This document shows positions 51,442 to 63,100 of a DNA stretch of 64,000 nt, piece by piece. Location of the stretch: NCBI GenBank assembly GCA_016235455.1, contig JACRKZ010000043.1, positions 1 through 64,000 of the forward strand, read 5' to 3'. The position numbers and the translations under genes were made by a program. Numbering within the stretch: the stretch's first letter is position 1; the number at the start of each line of letters is the position of its first letter. The DNA comes from Armatimonadota bacterium. GTDB lineage: Bacteria > Armatimonadota > UBA10988. The notes beneath the pieces were generated by a model. That model was given only the letters and a program-made list of their open reading frames with translations. It ran no database searches and was not told the origin of the DNA.

Positions 51442-53202
51442 TCACTTTGCGCCCAGCCGCGTGCCGGGCACCTCACCGCGCGGATAGCTGCCCAGCCGCA
51501 ACGCCGGATGGTCGGCGGGCAGGCGCAGGTCGCGCGTCAGCCAGTCGGCGAAGGGCGCCTCGGCGGTCACGCTGTCCTGCTCCAGGCCCAGTTCGCGTCG
51601 CACCTCGGCCAGGTCGACATACGTCTGGTTGCGCTTCCAGGCGACGCCCCACACGAACAGCGCCTGGGTCGGCCGGTGGGCGAACACGTTCCGCTCGTGG
51701 CTGAGCTTGAGCCTGGCCAGCGACAGGCCGACCGGCTGCCCCTTGGCATCGCGCGCCAGGTAGTCGCCGGCGATGTTGGCCGCGGCCTGGCCCGTCTCGA
51801 CGCGCTTCTCCTGCAGAGCCGCGGGCCAGTGGCGCTCGTCGCCGACGTCGAACCAGCCGCGTAGTTGGGCGTCGCGGTTGTAGGCCAGCAGGTTGCCTTC
51901 GATGCGCTGGTCATGGTTCCAGACCGGCCGCTCGGCGCCGTCGCCGATGAGCGGCGTGGTGCGCATTTGCTCGCGGTAGTTCAGGCCTTCCTTGTTGCCC
52001 GCCAGCAGGTTGCGCTCGATGATCGCGCCCGGCGAGCTGGACAGGCAGATGCCCGCGGCCGCGCCCCAGGCACCAGGCGTGTCGGCCAGGCCATTGCCCA
52101 CGATCACGTTGTCCCGCGCGCGAAGGGCATAGGAGATCTCACAAAAGATGCCCGCGTCGTCGTTGTCGGCGATGAGGCACCGGCGCACTTCGCACTCCTC
52201 ATTGCCAATGTCGAACCACACACCGCAGCCGCGATTGGCGACGAACTGGCTCGACTCGAGCACCGCGCGCCGGCACAGGACGAGCTTGTCGCCGCCGGCC
52301 TCCCAGCCGCGGCTGAAGCCCTTGGCGTTGTTGCGCGCCACGAGGCAGCCGGTGAACAGCAGGTTGTGGGCGCCGTTGGCGCCAAAGCCCAGTTGCCCGT
52401 TGTCCGTGAACGAACAGCGCCGGACCACGATGCCTTCGCCCAGGAAGACGGCCCCCGAGGCATTGGTCCGTTCGAACGCACAGTCTTCCACCAGGCTGTG
52501 CGCATGGAATTGAGCGGCGCCTTCCTGCGCGTGGTTGGCCGCATAGCGGAAACACAAGCCGCGCACCTGCACATACGCGCCGCGGCTCTGCCACACCACC
52601 GGGCGCACGGAGGCTTCGACGCGCTGTTTGGTCAGGTCGGCGTTGTCCGCGCTCTGGACATGGAGCCGCTTGGCCGCCTCGTCAACGAAGAAGGTGCCAC
52701 GGGTGACCAGGTCGCGGCGCAACACCTGGCGTAGCGCGTAGTCGGCCACGAAGACCTGCTCAGCGCGCCCGATCAGCTCGTGGTAGTCGTCGTCGGGGTG
52801 GGCGTGGCGCTTGGTCCAGCCCATGAACACATGGTCCCACAGCGTGCTGAACACGGCCTCGGGACCGGGCTCGCGGGTCCAGTCGCCGAGCAGGTCGGCG
52901 CCGGTGATGATCACGCGCGCGCCGGGCTCCGACTCGAAGCGGATGGGCTGCTCGGGCGTGCCGCTGCGTTCGACGACCACGCTCTCGCGGTAGACGCCTT
53001 CCGCGATGCGCACGGTATCACCGGGCTGCACGCGGCGCGCGGCCTCGGAGAGGCTGCGCAACGGCGTCTCGGCCGTAGCGGCCGCCTGGTCACTGGCCGC
53101 GGGGTGTCGCGGGTTCACGTACAACGTGGCCGCGTCAGCCGGCGGGAGTGCCAGGGCCAGGGCAAAGCAACAAGCGCGCGCCACCAAACGCGTTCCTGCC
53201 AT
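51442..53202 (-). CDS. Secreted right-handed beta-helix protein (DUF1565/pectin lyase-like)
   Basis: Signal peptide; PGDTVRIAEGVYRE, WEAGGDK, GVWFDIGN and GIFCEIS motifs. Confidence 0.85.
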   Translation of the reverse strand: MAGTRLVARACCFALALALPPADAATLYVNPRHPAASDQAAATAETPLRSLSEAARRVQPGDTVRIAEGVYRESVVVERSGTPEQPIRFESEPGARVIITGADLLGDWTREPGPEAVFSTLWDHVFMGWTKRHAHPDDDYHELIGRAEQVFVADYALRQVLRRDLVTRGTFFVDEAAKRLHVQSADNADLTKQRVEASVRPVVWQSRGAYVQVRGLCFRYAANHAQEGAAQFHAHSLVEDCAFERTNASGAVFLGEGIVVRRCSFTDNGQLGFGANGAHNLLFTGCLVARNNAKGFSRGWEAGGDKLVLCRRAVLESSQFVANRGCGVWFDIGNEECEVRRCLIADNDDAGIFCEISYALRARDNVIVGNGLADTPGAWGAAAGICLSSSPGAIIERNLLAGNKEGLNYREQMRTTPLIGDGAERPVWNHDQRIEGNLLAYNRDAQLRGWFDVGDERHWPAALQEKRVETGQAAANIAGDYLARDAKGQPVGLSLARLKLSHERNVFAHRPTQALFVWGVAWKRNQTYVDLAEVRRELGLEQDSVTAEAPFADWLTRDLRLPADHPALRLGSYPRGEVPGTRLGAK

Positions 53203-53260
53203 CGGGGTCTCCCTCGACGAGCAAGCTTAGCGCTCCGCGACGCGCGCCGCAAACCGCAGG

Positions 53261-53671
53261 TCAGTGCGAGCAGCAACCGCCGCCGGCGTGGGCATGCTCT
53301 TTCTCGCCCTCGCCACAGCCGCAGCCGGAGCTCTCTTCCTTGTCGCCGCAGCCGCCACCGCAGCCGCCGCAACCCGAGGCGTTGGGGTTGTTGACCTTGA
53401 AGCCGCCACCCATCACCGTCTCGACAAAATCGATCTCGGCGCCGTCCAGGTACTCGTGCGACTTGGGATCCACGAGCACGGTCACGCCGTGGCTGTCGAA
53501 CGACATATCATCGTCGGCCGCCTGATCGTCGAGGGCCATGCCGTACTGGAATCCGCTGCAGCCGCCGCCGGCGATCCACACGCGCAACATGTGATCTTCC
53601 TTGCTCTGCTGCCGGAGCAGGCTCGAGATCTCAGTCGCCGCGCGTTCGGTCATGGTCACCATCAGCATCAT
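53261..53671 (-). CDS. HesB/IscA-type Fe-S cluster assembly accessory protein with Cys/His-rich tail
   Basis: GGGCSGFQY and FKVNNPNA motifs; tail CGGCGGGC...CGCG...HAHAGGGCCSH. Exact start Met uncertain. Confidence 0.9.
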   Translation of the reverse strand: MMLMVTMTERAATEISSLLRQQSKEDHMLRVWIAGGGCSGFQYGMALDDQAADDDMSFDSHGVTVLVDPKSHEYLDGAEIDFVETVMGGGFKVNNPNASGCGGCGGGCGDKEESSGCGCGEGEKEHAHAGGGCCSH

Positions 53672-53856
53672 CTCCGCTGTGCCGGCTGAGGCCGGCTATC
53701 GTCTGGGCAATTGTAGCGCACGATCTCCAGTGTACAGCGTGCCAACGTATCGCGCAGGTGGCGGATTCCGCTGTCAACGCCCGCGTCGCTGGCCGGGTAA
53801 AGGCACCCAACGGCACGCTGGGCTCAGCGTGACCTGTCGCAGAGGGGAGAGCCGCC

Positions 53857-56529
53857 ATGATGCGCAGCCTGCTCAGTCTCATCGCCTGCCTCGGCGCAAC
53901 GCTGTCGTTGGCCCAGGCGCCGCCCGCGGCCGGACTGGCCGCCCTGGACGCCAAGGGCCAGCCCAAGGGCACCTGCCCGCTGGAGCACACCGATGTGCAG
54001 GCGGTGGTCAGCGGCTATGTCAGCCGCGTCACCGTCACCCAGCGCTTCGGCAATCCATTCACCGAGCGCATCGAGGCGATCTACACCTTCCCTCTGCCGC
54101 ACGACGGCGCGGTCTTCGATATGGAGATGAAGGTCGGCGAGCGGGTCATCCGCGGCTTGATCAAGAAGCGCGAAGACGCGGCGAAGATCTACCAGCAGGC
54201 TCGCGCGGCCGGCCAGACGGCGGCGCTGCTGGACCAGGAGCGGCCCAACATCTTCACCCAGAGCGTGGCCAACATCCGCCCCGGGGAGAAGGTCGAAGTG
54301 CGCCTGCGCTACACCGCGCTGCTGCCGTATAAGGACGGCCGGTTCAGCTTCGTCTTCCCCATGGTCGTCGGCCCACGCTACATGCCGGGTCAGCCCACCG
54401 GCCAGTCAGGCACCGGCTGGTCGCCCGACACGACCGGCGTGCCCGACGCCTCGCGCATCTCGCCGCCGGTGACGCCCAAGGGCACGCGCGCGGGGCATGA
54501 CATCAGCCTCAGCCTGAACCTGGCGCCCGGCCTGCCGCTGGGCGAGGTGCGCTGCACCAGCCACGAGGCCGACGTCGCGCGCCAGCCATGGGGCGCGCAG
54601 ATCAAGCTGCGCCGGGCGGACGAGATCCCCAACAAGGACTTCGTGCTGGAATACACCACCAGCGCCGACCAGATCGGCGATGCGGTGTTGTCGCAGACGG
54701 ACAGCAAGGGGCCCGACGGCTACTTTGCGCTGGTGCTCGCGCCGCCCGCGCGGGTCACGCCCGAGCAGGCCGTGCCCAAGGAGATCGTCTTCGTCCTGGA
54801 CACCAGCGGCTCCATGCAGGGCTTCCCCATCCAGCGGGCCAAGGAGTCGATGTCGTCGTGCATCGAGCAGCTCAACCCCCACGACACCTTCAACCTGATC
54901 ACCTTCTCGGGTGACACCAGCGTCCTGTTTGAGCAGCCGGTGCCGGCCAGCGACGAGAACATCGTGCGCGCGCTGACCTTCCTGCGCACTCGCTCGGGCG
55001 GTGGCGGCACGGAGATGATGAAGGCGGTCGAAGCCGCGCTCCGGCCCTCGGCGGCCGGCGGCGGCGTGCGCATCGTCTGCTTCATGACCGACGGCTACGT
55101 TGGCAACGACCGCCAGATCATCGACGCTATCGGTAAGTACTCGAGCGCCCGCGTGTTCAGCTTCGGCATTGGCAGCTCGGTCAACCGCTTCCTGCTCGAC
55201 GGCATGGCGCGCGCTGGGCGCGGCGAGGTGGAGTACGTGCCGCTCTCCGGTCCTCAGGCCACCACCGCCGCCAAGGACGCCGCGGCGCGCTTCGCCGAGC
55301 GCGTGCGCAACCCCGTGCTGACCGACATCACGCTGGACTGGGGCGATCTGCCCGTGGCCGATGTGCAGCCCGCGCGGCTGCCCGACCTGTTCAGCGCCAA
55401 GCCGATGATGGTGGTCGGGCGCTTCACCAAGCCGGCTTCGGGCAGCCTGACCATTCGCGGCAAGACCGCGGCGGGCGCCTTCGAGCGCAAGCTGGCGGTC
55501 AAGTTCACCGCCGACGACAGCTCGCACCAGGTGCTGCCGCAGGTCTGGGCGCGGACCACCATCGAGGCGTTGTCCAACGACGACCTCCTGGCCCAGAAGC
55601 CCGAGACCAAGGAACGCATCACCCAGCTCGGCCTCGACTATAGGCTGATGACCGCGTACACGTCGTTCGTCGCGGTCGAGGAGCGCACGACCACCGAGAA
55701 CGGCGTGCCGAAGACGGTCGTAGTGCCGGTGGAGATGCCTGAGGGCGTGAGCTATGAGGGGGTGTTTGGTAACCATAACATGGACGTCCGGGCGCTGGGC
55801 GGCGCGTCGGCTATGCCTGGGCTCGCGGCAGCCAAGCCTGCGCCCGTACGTTCAGCTCCCCAGCCGACGGTCCCGCCAATGTCCGCCCCGGCCATGCCGG
55901 CGCCTGTCGCTGGTGGCGGCGGGTTTGGCGGCATGTCGGGCTCCGGTGGGGCCATGCGCTTCAGCCGCGAGCCGCACGAAGCCGCCTCCGAAGCAGGGCT
56001 GTCCCTGCCGGCAGGCAACTGGCCGGCGACGATCAGCCTGGAGCTCGCCAACACCCCGTTGCGCGAGGCTCTGGCGCAGGTGACCGGCCTGACCGGGCTG
56101 AAGATGGTCGTGGGCAAGGATGTCGACGCGGACGAGCCGCTGACCCTGTCGCTCAAGAGCGTGCCGACGGCCCAGGCCATCGCCGCTATCTGCGGCGCGC
56201 CACGGGTCTGCGCGGTGGAGGCGTTTGCCGGGCGGCTGATGGTGACCAAGACCGGTGGACGCGCCGCCCGGGCCGAGGCGACCAAGCTGCTGCCCTGGCT
56301 GCTCAAGGCCGATGCCGCGACCTACGCCGCGCTGTCGGCCGGACAGCCGCTCAGTGTGCGGCTGACGGTCAGCGCCGTTGGGCCGGTGACCGCCAAGCTG
56401 GCCGAGCTCAAGGCGGAGAAGGTGGTAGCCGCGGCCGACGGCAAGAGCGTGACGGCGGTGGTCCGGCCGGACGCGCTGGTCACGGTCGCCGCGCTGGCGG
56501 AGGTGACGGGCGTCGCGCTCAACCAGTGA
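53857..56529 (+). CDS. Secreted VIT plus vWA domain protein with C-terminal STN-like domain
   Basis: VIT: [24 protein letters not shown]: DTSGS, GGT and TDG. Also [10 protein letters not shown] and [14 protein letters not shown] (STN-like). Confidence 0.88.
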   Translation: MMRSLLSLIACLGATLSLAQAPPAAGLAALDAKGQPKGTCPLEHTDVQAVVSGYVSRVTVTQRFGNPFTERIEAIYTFPLPHDGAVFDMEMKVGERVIRGLIKKREDAAKIYQQARAAGQTAALLDQERPNIFTQSVANIRPGEKVEVRLRYTALLPYKDGRFSFVFPMVVGPRYMPGQPTGQSGTGWSPDTTGVPDASRISPPVTPKGTRAGHDISLSLNLAPGLPLGEVRCTSHEADVARQPWGAQIKLRRADEIPNKDFVLEYTTSADQIGDAVLSQTDSKGPDGYFALVLAPPARVTPEQAVPKEIVFVLDTSGSMQGFPIQRAKESMSSCIEQLNPHDTFNLITFSGDTSVLFEQPVPASDENIVRALTFLRTRSGGGGTEMMKAVEAALRPSAAGGGVRIVCFMTDGYVGNDRQIIDAIGKYSSARVFSFGIGSSVNRFLLDGMARAGRGEVEYVPLSGPQATTAAKDAAARFAERVRNPVLTDITLDWGDLPVADVQPARLPDLFSAKPMMVVGRFTKPASGSLTIRGKTAAGAFERKLAVKFTADDSSHQVLPQVWARTTIEALSNDDLLAQKPETKERITQLGLDYRLMTAYTSFVAVEERTTTENGVPKTVVVPVEMPEGVSYEGVFGNHNMDVRALGGASAMPGLAAAKPAPVRSAPQPTVPPMSAPAMPAPVAGGGGFGGMSGSGGAMRFSREPHEAASEAGLSLPAGNWPATISLELANTPLREALAQVTGLTGLKMVVGKDVDADEPLTLSLKSVPTAQAIAAICGAPRVCAVEAFAGRLMVTKTGGRAARAEATKLLPWLLKADAATYAALSAGQPLSVRLTVSAVGPVTAKLAELKAEKVVAAADGKSVTAVVRPDALVTVAALAEVTGVALNQ

Positions 56530-56538
56530 CGGGAGCAG

Positions 56539-56617
56539 CCCCCCTGCAGTCCCCGCCGCGAGCGGAGGGACGGTCAGCCTGCTCCCTCCCCGCGCGCGGG
56601 GAGGGCTGGGGTGGGGG
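56539..56617. repeat. REP-like GC-rich palindrome pair between convergent genes
   Basis: ccctccccgcgcgcggggaggg hairpin followed by ctggggtgggg, plus a degenerate upstream arm cccccctgcagtccccgccgcgagcggaggg. Confidence 0.65.
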
Positions 56618-56636
56618 CTGTTCGGAGCCGCCGCTG

Positions 56637-57795
56637 TCAGCCCACGCCGACCCACGCGCCCGCGCGCGCGCTGGCCAGGATGGCTTCGCACAGCACGATC
56701 TCGCGGTGCCCGTCCGCAAACGTCGGGTAGCTCGGCTCGGCGGCGAAGTCGCCGGCATCCAGGTACTGGTAGAATGACCGGAAGCACTGCTTGAAGGTGT
56801 CGGGGAAGCCCTCGTTGTGCCCGCCGGGGAAGGCGATGTGCGCGCGCGCGCCCTCGCTGACCAGCGCCGGATCGCGCAGCAGCAGCTCGTTGGCGCGCTC
56901 GCGGTGGCCGATCCACAGCTCGTTGGGCCGTTCCGACTCCCAGTTGAGCGCGCACTCGCTGCCGGCCAGCTCGAAGCGCAGGCAGTTCTTGCGGCCGGCG
57001 GTGACTTGCGGTGACTTGGCTGCACCACAGAACGCCGCGCGCGCCGCCGGCAAAGCGCAGCAGGATCGCGCCGTAGTCCTCGGTGTCGATGGTCACCGGC
57101 TCGGTGGCCCGTTGTCGCTCCACCTTCGCCTTGTAGGTCTCCACCTCGCCCAGCGGCCGCCGGCGCGTCTCGTGCACCGTCTTGAGGTCCGCGCAGACCG
57201 CCTCGACCTCCAGGCCGGTGATGTTGTGGATCAGATCGAGCCAGTGCGTGCCGACATCGGCCACGGCGCGCAGTTCACCACCTTCCGCGGCCAGCAGGCG
57301 CCAGTTGTAGTCGGTGTCCAAGAACAGCCAGTCCTGCACATAGCTGCCGCAGACCGAGTAGACGCGGCCCAGCCGGCCGTCGCGGGCCATGGCCTTGGCC
57401 TCCAGGCAAACCGGGTAATAGCGGATGTTGTAGTTCACGCCGGCCACGAGACCGGTCGACCGGGCCAGGGCGACGAGTTCGGCCGACTCGGCCGAGTTCA
57501 TGGCCAGCGGCTTCTCGCACAGCACGTGCTTGCCGGCTTGCAGCGCGGCTTTGGCCATGGGGTAGTGAAGCCGGTTGGGCACGGCGATATGCACCGCGCG
57601 CACGCTGTCATCGGCCCAGACCTCGTCCAGCGAGAGGTAGGCGCGGTCGATGTCCAGGGCCGCCGCGGCGCGTCTGGACTCGGCCTCGTCGACGCCCATG
57701 ATGCCTGCCACGCGTTGACCCGCGCGGCGCAGCGCCTCCACGTGTACCGGACCAATGAAACCAGCGCCGATGACGGCGGTGCCGAGCTTGCCCAT
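56637..57795 (-). pseudogene. Gfo/Idh/MocA oxidoreductase frameshifted by a 10-bp tandem duplication
   Basis: The N-part (IGAGFIG, CEKP, DVGTHW) and C-part (GRKN..., PGGHNEG) are in different frames; gcggtgactt occurs twice at 56998-57017, and removing one copy restores a 382-aa ORF. Confidence 0.85.
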
Positions 57796-57886
57796 GACCC
57801 AATCCTCCAGCCCTCATTTGGCCGCGCGTGGTACGCCTCCTGCCTGTTGGGCGCCCGCGTGACAGACTAGCGGTGGGAGACAGGTC

Positions 57887-58894
57887 GTGGCGACAGAACA
57901 CCAGGTTGTGCTCGTACCCGGCGATGGGATTGGCCCGGAGATCACCGGCGCCGTGCTGCGCATCATCGAGGCCAGCGGCGTGAAGATCGCCTGGCAGAGC
58001 CATGTGGCCGGGGCCGAGGCCATGGGCAGCAAGGGGACTCCGCTGCCCGACGAGCTGTTGACGGCCATCGACGAGGTGGGCATCTGCCTCAAGGGGCCGA
58101 TCACCACACCCATCGGCCGCGGCTTCCAGAGCGTGAATGTGCAGCTCCGCAAGCATTTCGACCTGTATGCCAACCTGCGCCCGACGCATTCGCTGCCGTG
58201 TCTGCCCACACCGTATGGTGAGATCGACCTGGTGGTCGTGCGCGAGAACACCGAGGACCTCTACTCGGGTATCGAGCACGAGGTGGTGCCCGGTGTGGTC
58301 GAGTCGATCAAGATCATCACCGAGCGAGCCTGTACGCGCATCGCCCAGTTTGCCTTCGACTATGCTATCAAGAACGGCCGCAAGAAGGTCACCGCCATCC
58401 ACAAAGCCAATATCATGAAGCTATCGGATGGGCTGTTCCTGGCCTGCTGCCAGAAGGTGGCCGCCGAGTACCCGAGCATCGAGTACACCGAGATGATCGT
58501 GGACAACTGCGCCATGCAGTTGGTCATGCGGCCGCGGCAGTTCGACATGCTGCTGCTGGAGAATCTGTACGGCGACATCGTCTCGGACCTGTGCGCGGGC
58601 CTCGTGGGCGGCCTGGGCCTGGCGCCCGGCGCCAATCTGGGCCCCAAGCACGCGCTGTTCGAGGCGGTGCATGGTTCCGCGCCGGACATCGCCGGTCTCG
58701 GCCTGGCCAATCCCACGGCGCTGCTGTTGGCGGCGCTGCTGATGCTGCGGCATTTGAACGAGATGGAAGCGGCGGACCGCATCTTTGACGCTCTGCTCAA
58801 GGTGCTGGCCCAGCCCGAGCAGCGCACGCGCGACCTGGGCGGCCAGGCCAGCACGAGCGCCTTCGCCGAGGCGGTGGTGGCCGCCATGGAGTGA
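57887..58894 (+). CDS. icd: Isocitrate/isopropylmalate dehydrogenase family, probably isocitrate dehydrogenase
   Basis: PGDGIGPE, LKGPITTP..SVNVQLR, VRENTED, HKANIMK, NLYGDIVSD and EAVHGSAPDIAG motifs. Confidence 0.88.
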   Translation: MATEHQVVLVPGDGIGPEITGAVLRIIEASGVKIAWQSHVAGAEAMGSKGTPLPDELLTAIDEVGICLKGPITTPIGRGFQSVNVQLRKHFDLYANLRPTHSLPCLPTPYGEIDLVVVRENTEDLYSGIEHEVVPGVVESIKIITERACTRIAQFAFDYAIKNGRKKVTAIHKANIMKLSDGLFLACCQKVAAEYPSIEYTEMIVDNCAMQLVMRPRQFDMLLLENLYGDIVSDLCAGLVGGLGLAPGANLGPKHALFEAVHGSAPDIAGLGLANPTALLLAALLMLRHLNEMEAADRIFDALLKVLAQPEQRTRDLGGQASTSAFAEAVVAAME

Positions 58895-58898
58895 TGTC

Positions 58899-60167
58899 AT
58901 GAACAGGGTGGCCTGGCTCGGTGCGTTGTTGGCCGTGGTGGCGGTTGGATTGCGGGCCGAGCCGTCAGCGCCCCTGCCCGATGTGGCGCTGCGCGGCGAG
59001 CTTGCGGCCGCCGAGCAGGCCGCGCCCGAGCCGGTCAAGCTGCTCATTGCCCAGGTCCGCGGCGAGTCGTTGCCCGACCGGCTGGCCGCCATGCTCAAGC
59101 TTCGCGCGCTGGGTCCCGACGGCGCGGGCGCCGTGCTGGCACTGGCCGAGCTGCTGTGGGGTGAGGCCGCCGACACGGTCGTGCTCGACCTGCCGCCCAC
59201 GCGGCTGCATCAGGCCGAAGTGGCCGCCTACGCCCTGGCCGGACTGGGCCAACGCGCCGTGGGCCCCCTGGTCCTGGCGCTGGCCAGCGACTCCGATCTG
59301 TCCCACGACTGGGTGCTGCGCGCGCTGCGCGGCATCAACCCCAAGTGGACCAGCAGCGATGCCGCACGAGCCGAAGTGCCGGCGCTGATGGACCAACTGA
59401 CCAGTCCGCGCAGCAACGTGCGCAGCGCCGCGACCAAGGCGCTGGGCCTCTTGGGCGATAGTCGTGCGCTGCCCCGGCTCGCGCTGCTGCTGACCTCGGC
59501 CACCGAGGCGCTCGATGTGCGGCTGGCCGCGGCGAAGGCTATCGCCGCGCTCGACGCCCCCGACGTGGCGGCGCGGCTGGCCGACGCGCTGACCGACCCC
59601 GAGCCGACGCTGCGGCTGGCGGTGGTTGATGCGCTGAGCCTGCGCCGGCCAGTGCCCACCGAGCCGCTGCTGCGCGCGCTGGCCGACAGCGAACCGCAAG
59701 TGCGTGCCGCCGCGGTCTCCGCACTGCGCTATGGCCAGGGCACGACCGTCGTCAACGCCGTGGCCCAGTGCCTGCGCGATGCCGACAAGCGCGTGCGCGA
59801 AATGGCCGCGGTGTCGCTGGGCGACCTGCGCGATTCCACCGCGCTGGACCCGCTGCTGGCCGCGCTGGCGGACCCGGTGCGCTCGGTGAAGGAGGAGGTG
59901 CTCTTCGCCCTGGCCCGCCTCGGCGACAAGCGCGCGGTGCCCAAGCTGATCTTCACCGCCCAGGACGAGGACCCGCGCATCCGCGAGCTGTCCGCGCGGG
60001 CGCTCGGCCGGTTCCGGGAGCGCGCCGGGCTGGAGACGCTGGTGCTGCTGCTGGACGACGAGCCCAACGTGGCGCTGGCCGCGTTGGCCAGTCTGGAGGG
60101 CATCAGTGGCCAGAAGCTGGGCAAGACCCGCGCCGCGTGGGAAGCCTGGCTCAAGAACCAGAGGTAG
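58899..60167 (+). CDS. Exported HEAT-repeat (PBS lyase-like) protein
   Basis: Signal peptide followed by repeated L.D....VR..A..ALG units. Confidence 0.85.
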   Translation: MNRVAWLGALLAVVAVGLRAEPSAPLPDVALRGELAAAEQAAPEPVKLLIAQVRGESLPDRLAAMLKLRALGPDGAGAVLALAELLWGEAADTVVLDLPPTRLHQAEVAAYALAGLGQRAVGPLVLALASDSDLSHDWVLRALRGINPKWTSSDAARAEVPALMDQLTSPRSNVRSAATKALGLLGDSRALPRLALLLTSATEALDVRLAAAKAIAALDAPDVAARLADALTDPEPTLRLAVVDALSLRRPVPTEPLLRALADSEPQVRAAAVSALRYGQGTTVVNAVAQCLRDADKRVREMAAVSLGDLRDSTALDPLLAALADPVRSVKEEVLFALARLGDKRAVPKLIFTAQDEDPRIRELSARALGRFRERAGLETLVLLLDDEPNVALAALASLEGISGQKLGKTRAAWEAWLKNQR

Positions 60168-60182
60168 CCGACCGGTTCGCCG

Positions 60183-63100
60183 TCACTTGGCCAGTGCCGC
60201 CACCTCCGTCGCGCTCAGCGCGCGGCTGAAGACGCGCATGTCGCGCAGTTCGCCCACGAAGAAGCGGCGGCTGTTCTTGTCCTCGCTCTCCTGGCTGTAG
60301 CCCAGGCGATAGGGCTTGGGTGACAGGTTCTTCGCCTCGTAGGCGGTCTGTGCGACCTCCTTGCCGCCCACATACAGCCGGGCTGACTTGCCATCGAAGG
60401 CCAGCGCCACCTGCTGCCACTCGCCGGGAAGCGCGGCGACGCCGGTGTCCCACCAGCCGCGGCCGTCCAGCCGGGCGCGGAACCGGCCGCCCTCGATGCT
60501 CAGCCCGCCGCCCTGACGCGCGCCGTCGCGTTCATCGCGCGAGCAGAAGACCGGTCGGGTACCGTCGACGGCGGTCGGCTTGATCCATGCCGAGAGCGTG
60601 CGCGTCGCGCCGTTGCGCAGACCGGAGTCGGCCGTGGTGGCCTGGCCGTCGAAGGTCTTGGCCGCAGGCAGGAAGGCGCCCATCAGCGCGCCGGTGCGGG
60701 CCATCTCCGCACCGAGTTCGGCGTCGGTCAGCGCCACGTTGTAACAGCGCACATCGGCCACCTGACCGGCGAACAGCCGGCCGTTGCCACCGCGCCCGAC
60801 GAAGTTGGCCTGCGGCCGACCGTAAGCGGCGCGCAGGTCGACCGCGGCCGGCAGCGCGGCGCTGCTCGGCTGCCCATCGACATACAGCGTGACCTTGTCC
60901 GGAGCCAGCACCGCGGCCAGATGCGCCCACTGGCCGGCCGGCAGGCGGCGCGCGCCGCTGATGGCGACGCTCTGCTTGCCCAGCGCGAGGCTCAGGCTCG
61001 GCAGGCCCCGGGCGTCCGCCGGGGTCAACGTGAGCGCGCGGTCGCTCGCGCCGGCCAGATGCAGCAGTGGCTGATCGGCGGGGCCCGCACCGGGCTTGCA
61101 CCACAGGCCGATGGTCAACGCCGTGGCATCGACCACGCTGTCGTCCAGCTCGATCCATTGGTTGCGGCCGTTGAGCGTGACCACCGAGCCATGCCCAGCG
61201 TCGGTCACCCGTGCCGGCACACCGCGCAGCGTGGCGTTCAGGCTGCCGAACTCGTCCAACGCCACCTGCCCGTCGGGCTCGTCGAAGCGGTACGAGGCGG
61301 TCAGGCCGCGCGGCTTGCGCTGCACCTGACACCAGTACTCATTCCACCAGCCGCCCCACGGCACGTGGTTGTAGTGCACGCCGTCGGCCAGCTTGAAGTC
61401 CATGGAGTAGTCGTACTCCAGGATGGCATGGCCGCTGACCTCGGCGTTCCAGGGCTGGGTGCAGCCGCGGAAGACGGCCTGATCGCGGGCCTGCACGCGG
61501 TCCAGGTCGGCGCTGTCCTGCACCAGCACATCGCCCGCGACACGGCAGTCGCTGCGCAGTTTGGCGTGGTCGCGGATGCGGGCGTGCCCCTTGACCTGGC
61601 TGCCGTCGCGCACCACCGCGCAGCCGCTGACCTGGGCGTCCTCGTCCACCACGGCGCGGTCGGCCACCAGGGCGTAGTCGTCGATGCGCGCCCGGCCCAG
61701 CACCTGGGCGGCATCCAGCACGCGGGCGTTGGGACCCACGTAAGCCGTGTCGGCCACCTTGGCGGTGTCGGCCACGAACCCGCCACCGTTGGGATGCTTG
61801 TGCCCGGCGGGCAGCGGCCACTGCGCGGCGCGCGGCCGCGGCACGGCGCCGGTCAGCCGCACCTCGTAGGGGTAGCGCCGGAAGCTGGGGTCGCGGTCCA
61901 GCGGGTGCTCATGTTGCAGGCCGTGCTGGCTGCCGTCGAGCTGGTCCGGCGTGGCCACCACCACCAGGTAGACGCGGTCCTCACCAGGATTGAGCTTGAG
62001 GCTGCCCAGACCGGGCCGGAAGACCGGGCTGTAGCGCGGCTTGCCCTCGCCCTTCTGTGCCACGAGCGACCAGCGCCAGTCTTCGCCGGCGCCCGGCAGG
62101 TCCAGCCCGCGCAGTTCGGCGGTGACCGTCGCACCGTCGCGCGCGGGTGCCAGCTCGGAGAACATGTAGCCGTAGCGCATGGGCGCGCGGCCCCAGGCGA
62201 CGCGGTACCAGCCGGCCTCGGCGGCCAGCGGTTCCAGGTCGGCGCCTGTGGCCTGGTCCATGTAGGCCGCCTCGCGCGGGTTGGGGCGCAACTGCGCTTT
62301 CATCTTGTCGCCCGCCTTCAGGTCGAGCGTCACCCAGTAGCGCAGCGCCTCGCCGGCGACATCCTTGATGGAGCGGCCCGCGGGCAGCACCGAGGCCAGC
62401 TTCTTCCAGACCACCTGCTCCTTGTCCCCGTCTCGCCACAGCCGCGCGACGATGTCGGCGGGCAGGCCGTAGTCCACCGCGTAGTCGTCCAGCACGTTGT
62501 AGATGCGGAAATCGGCGTAGATCAGCCGGAACTGGTCCTGCTGGAAGCACGACAGATCCAACATGCCGCGACCCACATCGGAGACGTGGCCGGGGAACAG
62601 GTCGCTGTACAACGAGTTGCGCAGGCTGCGCAGGTAGTTGGCATGCGATTCCCAGTAGGAGCCGGTCAGGAAGCCGGGTTGCGCGCCCTGCACGACATGG
62701 CCGAACTCGTGCGGCATGGGGTTGCCCCAGCCCTCATCCAGCAAGCCGCCGCCGCCGATGTTCAGGTAGCCAAAGCCGTTCTGGCCACCCATCCAGAACC
62801 CGCCGTACCAGGTGGTGACGTTGACCTTGTAGCGCTTGCCATCGCGTTTGGCGGCATCGCCGCAGACGAACGGCTCAGCATAGCCGCGGAGCTTGCAGTA
62901 GACCTGATAGCACTCCTCGACCATGCGCTGCGCGCGACGGCCCATGACCTGCGGATCGAAGTTCCGGAACTCGTTGTAGCTCTGCTTGGACCACCAGAAG
63001 GTGCAGTGCTTGGACTCGCTGTGCTGCGTGTCGGCCATGGTCTCCTTGGGCCATTTGTCCACGCCCACGAAGATGTTCAGATCGGTGTTGACTGCCAGTT

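Noticed and set aside
55852-56997. C-terminal half of the 647-aa ORF as a novel Gfo fusion domain
   Set aside because: It is the out-of-frame read-through caused by the 10-bp duplication.
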